Origin: Deltaproteobacteria bacterium
GTDB taxonomy: Bacteria; Myxococcota; Kuafuiibacteriia; Kuafuiibacteriales; Kuafuiibacteriaceae
DNA: 64,000 nucleotides
Direction of reading: 5' to 3'
Assembly: GCA_040218735.1 (NCBI GenBank)
Contig: JAVJQW010000018.1
Coordinates: forward strand, 128,001-192,000
This document shows, in pieces, positions 60,308-64,000 of the stretch. Each line of letters begins with the position of its first letter. Within the stretch, counting starts at the first letter, position 1. Both the position numbers and the translations under genes were made by a program. The notes below the pieces were generated by a model. The model ran no database searches and had not been told where the DNA came from. It worked only from the letters and a program-made list of their open reading frames with translations.

Positions 60308-60323
60308 TGGCACGCGCCGTGCT
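60308..60323 (+). promoter_or_regulatory. Sigma54 promoter of the first ADYC gene
   Basis: TGGCACGCGCCGTGCT (GG-N10-GC). Confidence 0.72.
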
Positions 60324-60336
60324 GTCCATGCGGAGC

Positions 60337-61626
60337 ATGACTACTCTCAGGCGCTCTGCCTGCACACTGTCGTTCTTCGTGTTGTCCGCCTGCCACGCGA
60401 CGGTCGACGCGCCCGACCCGAAGGAGGTGGGCCAGAACGAAACACCCCCCACCGCCTACACGCAGTACGACGTGTTCTCGACCGCGTCGCTCAACGGAGG
60501 CGCCGAGTACAACGAGTTCGCGTACAGCGTCGACCTCGGGATCTCGACGACCGAGGTGCTCGATCCCAACGCCTTCGACCGCGAGTCGATACGCGGTGGT
60601 GTCAGTGCGAATGGGCCGTCGACGGACGGCGTCGAAGCCGAGGAGCTGAGCGGGCTCACGCTCGAACAGACGCTCCTCGGGAACTTCGGCGAGGCGTTCA
60701 CCGCTCGTCTCGTGGATGGCCAGACCTACCAGATGGTCGTCGTCGGCGCCGTCACCGACGCGAGCAGCGGCCGCCGCTACTACGAGGTCGAGACGTCGCT
60801 GGATGGTGGGCCCTGGATCCCGCTGTGCGGCGAAGACGACGCCGGCGCGCCCATCCTCGCGCTCGCGGTGCCCGGCGTGTTCACGCCGGTCACCGTCGGT
60901 GCGAAGGATCGCGCGGGCGGTTGGCGCGCCTCGACCCACGAGTTCAACTTCGCCTGCCAGGGGAGCAGCGTCGCGAAGTGCGTGGAGATGGGATTCGCGC
61001 CGCACCTCGAGCTCGCGAACCGGCCCACCACCGTCACCTCGACGGTCCCCGAAGCAGCCAACTCGGGGGGCAACGAGACCGCCGGGAGCGCACGGGGCGG
61101 GGGGAGCGTCCATGCGTCCAACGGCGCGGGAGAAGGGCGCGGCGAATCGGCGACGAACGCCGGCAAGGGCTCTTCCGCCGGCCAGGGCTCCTCGGCCGGC
61201 CAGGGCTCCTCGGCCGACACGGGCTCCTCGGCCGACAAGGGCTCTTCGGCTGACGCGCGTGCGGAAGGGAGCGCCGCGCAGGGCGCGGCCGGGGCATCGG
61301 CGCAAGGCGGGCGTCCCTCGGTGATCACGACGCCGGTCTCCCAGGCCTACCACCAAGCGTGTGTTCGCATGCTGCGCGCTGACTACTGCGGCGACGGCGT
61401 GTCGCACACCCAGGCCGGCGTTCGCATTCGTTACTGGGATCGTCGCGGCGAGTCTCCGAGCCTCGACGGCTGGACGTTCGAGGCCGGCTGGAGCGAGGAC
61501 GGCGCGACCTGCATCGAGTCCACCCGCCTGGACCAGGCGAACGCGCCCGACTGCATCGCGGACCGCGTCGCGTCCGCCTGTGAAGGCAACGACCTCAGCC
61601 ACGCGATCGTTCGCAACGCCTTTTGA
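60337..61626 (+). CDS. ADYC domain lipoprotein 1
   Basis: Lipobox LSAC; 'FACQG..VAKCV.MG', 'HQACVRMLRADYCGDG', 'FEAGW'. Start could be 60328. Confidence 0.9.
   Translation: MTTLRRSACTLSFFVLSACHATVDAPDPKEVGQNETPPTAYTQYDVFSTASLNGGAEYNEFAYSVDLGISTTEVLDPNAFDRESIRGGVSANGPSTDGVEAEELSGLTLEQTLLGNFGEAFTARLVDGQTYQMVVVGAVTDASSGRRYYEVETSLDGGPWIPLCGEDDAGAPILALAVPGVFTPVTVGAKDRAGGWRASTHEFNFACQGSSVAKCVEMGFAPHLELANRPTTVTSTVPEAANSGGNETAGSARGGGSVHASNGAGEGRGESATNAGKGSSAGQGSSAGQGSSADTGSSADKGSSADARAEGSAAQGAAGASAQGGRPSVITTPVSQAYHQACVRMLRADYCGDGVSHTQAGVRIRYWDRRGESPSLDGWTFEAGWSEDGATCIESTRLDQANAPDCIADRVASACEGNDLSHAIVRNAF
61162..61251 (+). repeat. In-frame 18-bp tandem repeat x5 encoding (G/D)xGSSA
   Basis: Read directly within ADYC gene 1. 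Confidence 0.9.
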
Positions 61627-61702
61627 GCGTCGACGCGCAGAGAACGGCGCGCCGATTCGGCCGCCGCCGCCTCGGGCACCACCTTCCACCAAACGTGAGC
61701 GA

Positions 61703-61718
61703 TGGCACGGACCCTGCT
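61703..61718 (+). promoter_or_regulatory. Sigma54 promoter of the second ADYC gene
   Basis: TGGCACGGACCCTGCT (GG-N10-GC). Confidence 0.72.
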
Positions 61719-61732
61719 CAGGAAAGAACACG

Positions 61733-62764
61733 ATGAAGCCACGACCCACGACCGCACTCCTCGCCACGCCCTTGCTCTTCGCCGCGTGCCACGCACCCGG
61801 CGATGCGCTTCAGCCGATCCAAATCGATACGACGCAGCACGCCGCGACCTACAGCGACAGCAGCTCGTCGTACACGGTCAACGGCGGCAGCTCCTACAAC
61901 ACCTATTCGTACAGCTCGTACAACAACACCTACTCGACGCAGCCCAGCGGCTATGACAGCGGCGGCGGCGCGAAGAGCGGGGTCAGCGCCAACGGGCCGT
62001 CCACGGACGGGGTCGAGGACGAAGAGCTGTCCGGCCTCGAGCTCGAGCGGTCGTTGCTCGACAACCTTGGCTCGCCGTTCCTCGCCAAGCTCGTCGACGG
62101 GCGCACCTACCAGATGGTCGTCGTCGGCGCGTTCGAAGACGAGGGGACCGGCCGCCGCTACTTCGAGGTCGAGACCTCGATCGACGACCAGCCCTGGATC
62201 CCGCTGTGCGGCCTCGACGCGGCCGGCGCGCCGATCCTCGCGCTGGCGGTGCCCGGGGTGTTCACCGCGGTCGCGCTCGACGCGCAGGATCGCGCCGGCG
62301 GCTGGCGCCCCTCCGCGGACGAGTTCAACTTCGCGTGCCGCGGCAGCAGCGTCGCGAAGTGCGTCGAGCTGGGCTACGCGCCGCACCTCGACCTGCCTCG
62401 ACAGGCGTCGAGCGGCGGCGAGTCGTCGGACGGCCGTCGACGGCAGACGCAGTCGCAGGAGATCGACACGCCGATGGCGCAGGCCTACCACCAGGCTTGT
62501 GTCCGCATGTTGCGCGCCGACTACTGCGGCGATGGGGAGTCCCACACGCAGGCCGGCGTCATGATTAGGCACTGGGACATGCGCGCGGGTTGGCCGAGCC
62601 TCGAGGGCTACGACTTCGAGGCGGGCTGGAGCGCGGACGGCGCGACGTGCATCGAGGACACGCGCCTCGAGCACACGAGCGTCCCGGCCTGTGTGGCCGA
62701 CCGCACCGCGCGCAAGTGTGGTCGCAACGCGTTGCGTGAGGCGCTCGTCGGCGACGCGTTCTGA
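61733..62764 (+). CDS. ADYC domain lipoprotein 2 (tandem paralog)
   Basis: Lipobox FAAC; same ADYC motifs; Ser/Tyr-rich N-terminal linker. Confidence 0.9.
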   Translation: MKPRPTTALLATPLLFAACHAPGDALQPIQIDTTQHAATYSDSSSSYTVNGGSSYNTYSYSSYNNTYSTQPSGYDSGGGAKSGVSANGPSTDGVEDEELSGLELERSLLDNLGSPFLAKLVDGRTYQMVVVGAFEDEGTGRRYFEVETSIDDQPWIPLCGLDAAGAPILALAVPGVFTAVALDAQDRAGGWRPSADEFNFACRGSSVAKCVELGYAPHLDLPRQASSGGESSDGRRRQTQSQEIDTPMAQAYHQACVRMLRADYCGDGESHTQAGVMIRHWDMRAGWPSLEGYDFEAGWSADGATCIEDTRLEHTSVPACVADRTARKCGRNALREALVGDAF

Positions 62765-62786
62765 GTCGACTTCGCTCGGCGGTCGC

Positions 62787-63167
62787 TCAGGCCACCGAGC
62801 TCTCTTGCAAGACAGCTTGCATGGCCTCCAACAGCTCCGCTCGCTCGAAGGGTTTGTAGAGCACGCGCTTCGCCCCCAACATCTTGGCGACCTTCAGGGG
62901 CTGCGCACCACACACCCGCCCGCCTCCCGACATCGCGATGATCGGAACCGTGGGATCGAGCTCCTTGAACCGTCGGATGAACTCGAGACCCTCCACGTCC
63001 GGCATGATGATGTCCGTGAGCACGGCGTCGAAGGCCTCGCAGTTGGCGGCGCGCAGACCGCGCTCGCCGTTTTCGGCTTCGACGACTTCGTAACCCGCGC
63101 GCAGCAGGAACTTCGCGATGGTCTTGCGGAAGGGCTCTTCGTCGTCGATGAGGAGGACTCGGGTCAC
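62787..63167 (-). CDS. Single-domain response regulator
   Basis: 'VLLIDDE', 'TDIIMP', 'KPF'. Confidence 0.92.
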   Translation of the reverse strand: MTRVLLIDDEEPFRKTIAKFLLRAGYEVVEAENGERGLRAANCEAFDAVLTDIIMPDVEGLEFIRRFKELDPTVPIIAMSGGGRVCGAQPLKVAKMLGAKRVLYKPFERAELLEAMQAVLQESSVA

Positions 63168-63202
63168 GCTCGGATCATCGGCCGTCCGGGCCCGACCTTC
63201 AC

Positions 63203-64000
63203 TCAACCGGCGCGCTGCAGCGTCGCCGAGGTGGCGGGGAACCACACCACGAACGTCGTCCCGGCGCCGACCTTCGAGTCGATCTGCACGCGGCCTCCGG
63301 CTTCCTTGACGATTCCGTGCACGGTCGCCAATCCGAGGCCGGTTCCGCGGCCGACCTCCTTGGTCGTGAAGAACGGCTCGAAGATGTGGTCGATGACCGA
63401 CTGCGGCATACCGCTGCCTCGGTCCGAGACACACAACGCCACGCCGCCGACGTCTGCGGTGGCGGAGACGTCGATGGCGGTCCCCTCCTCGGACGCGTCG
63501 CGCGCGTTGACGACGAGGTTCATCAGGATCTGCTCGAGCTGGGTGGGGTCGAGCCAGATCGCGGGGAGGTCTTCGGCGCACGCGACGTTCACCGTGTGTT
63601 TGGGGGCCGCGCGATCGAGGATCGGTCGTAGCCCCGACATCACCGCCTGCACTTCGATCGCCGAGGGGGTGCCGGAGCGCTGCCGCGAGAACGTAAGGAG
63701 CTGCTTCGTGAGGCGCGCGCCGCGCTGAGCCGCCTGATCGATGACCTCCAGCTCACCCATGATGTCCGCCGTCTGTCCCGGGGTCCCGACGTCTTCGACC
63801 AGCAGCTCCACGTTGCTGCGGATCACCGCGAGGAAGTTGTTGAAGTCGTGCGCGATCCCTCCAGACAGTTGGCCGACCAAGGCGAGGCGCTCGGTCGTCG
63901 CGGCCTGGGCGGCGCGGTCGCGCACGATCGTCACGTCCGTGAGCGCGACGATCGTCTCCGCGGCGTGCTCGAACGCGACGACCTGAAAGATCGCGTGCAC
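63203..64000 (-). CDS. Sensor histidine kinase (5' part outside the window)
   Basis: H box 'IAHDFNN', N box 'NLVVNARDA', 'DRGSGM', 'FFTTK..GTGLGL'. Confidence 0.95.
   Translation of the reverse strand: MHAIFQVVAFEHAAETIVALTDVTIVRDRAAQAATTERLALVGQLSGGIAHDFNNFLAVIRSNVELLVEDVGTPGQTADIMGELEVIDQAAQRGARLTKQLLTFSRQRSGTPSAIEVQAVMSGLRPILDRAAPKHTVNVACAEDLPAIWLDPTQLEQILMNLVVNARDASEEGTAIDVSATADVGGVALCVSDRGSGMPQSVIDHIFEPFFTTKEVGRGTGLGLATVHGIVKEAGGRVQIDSKVGAGTTFVVWFPATSATLQRAG

Noticed and set aside
62787-63581. Frameshifted hybrid kinase (HK-REC pseudogene)
   Set aside because: The kinase ends normally after its HATPase domain and the receiver has its own GTG start, so two genes are simpler.

Overview
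A very GC-rich (roughly 70% by eye), gene-dense bacterial window with about 46 real CDS. The gene content (Ser/Thr kinases, PEGA-TPR, AgmX/PglI-C, ADYC, Ig-like+VWA lipoproteins) points to a Myxococcota-like genome. I see no rRNA, tRNA, CRISPR array or transposase. Most of the window is housekeeping or typical myxobacterial signalling and surface genes. The most unusual items are: (1) a compact stand-alone protein with the motifs of CyaA/edema factor/ExoY class II nucleotidyl cyclases, tightly coupled to a candidate immunity or partner gene (26193-27765); (2) an orphan SycD/LcrH-type chaperone next to an 832-aa protein that combines a DUF1521/MIIA-like domain (canonical GDPH lost, GDDPH displaced), a Gln/Met-rich linker and four annexin-like repeats (54305-57919); (3) a polymorphic toxin-like gene with a coupled candidate immunity gene (48179-51609); (4) an operon of a catalytically degenerate Clp-type AAA+ protein and three paralogous unknown proteins (1-5698); (5) a CarH-type B12 photoreceptor locus whose divergent TIGR01777-SRPBCC fusion gene has an A9 slippery tract at the domain junction; (6) two ADYC genes sharing sigma54 promoters and an upstream palindrome. 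All family calls come from motif recognition by eye; no database search was run.
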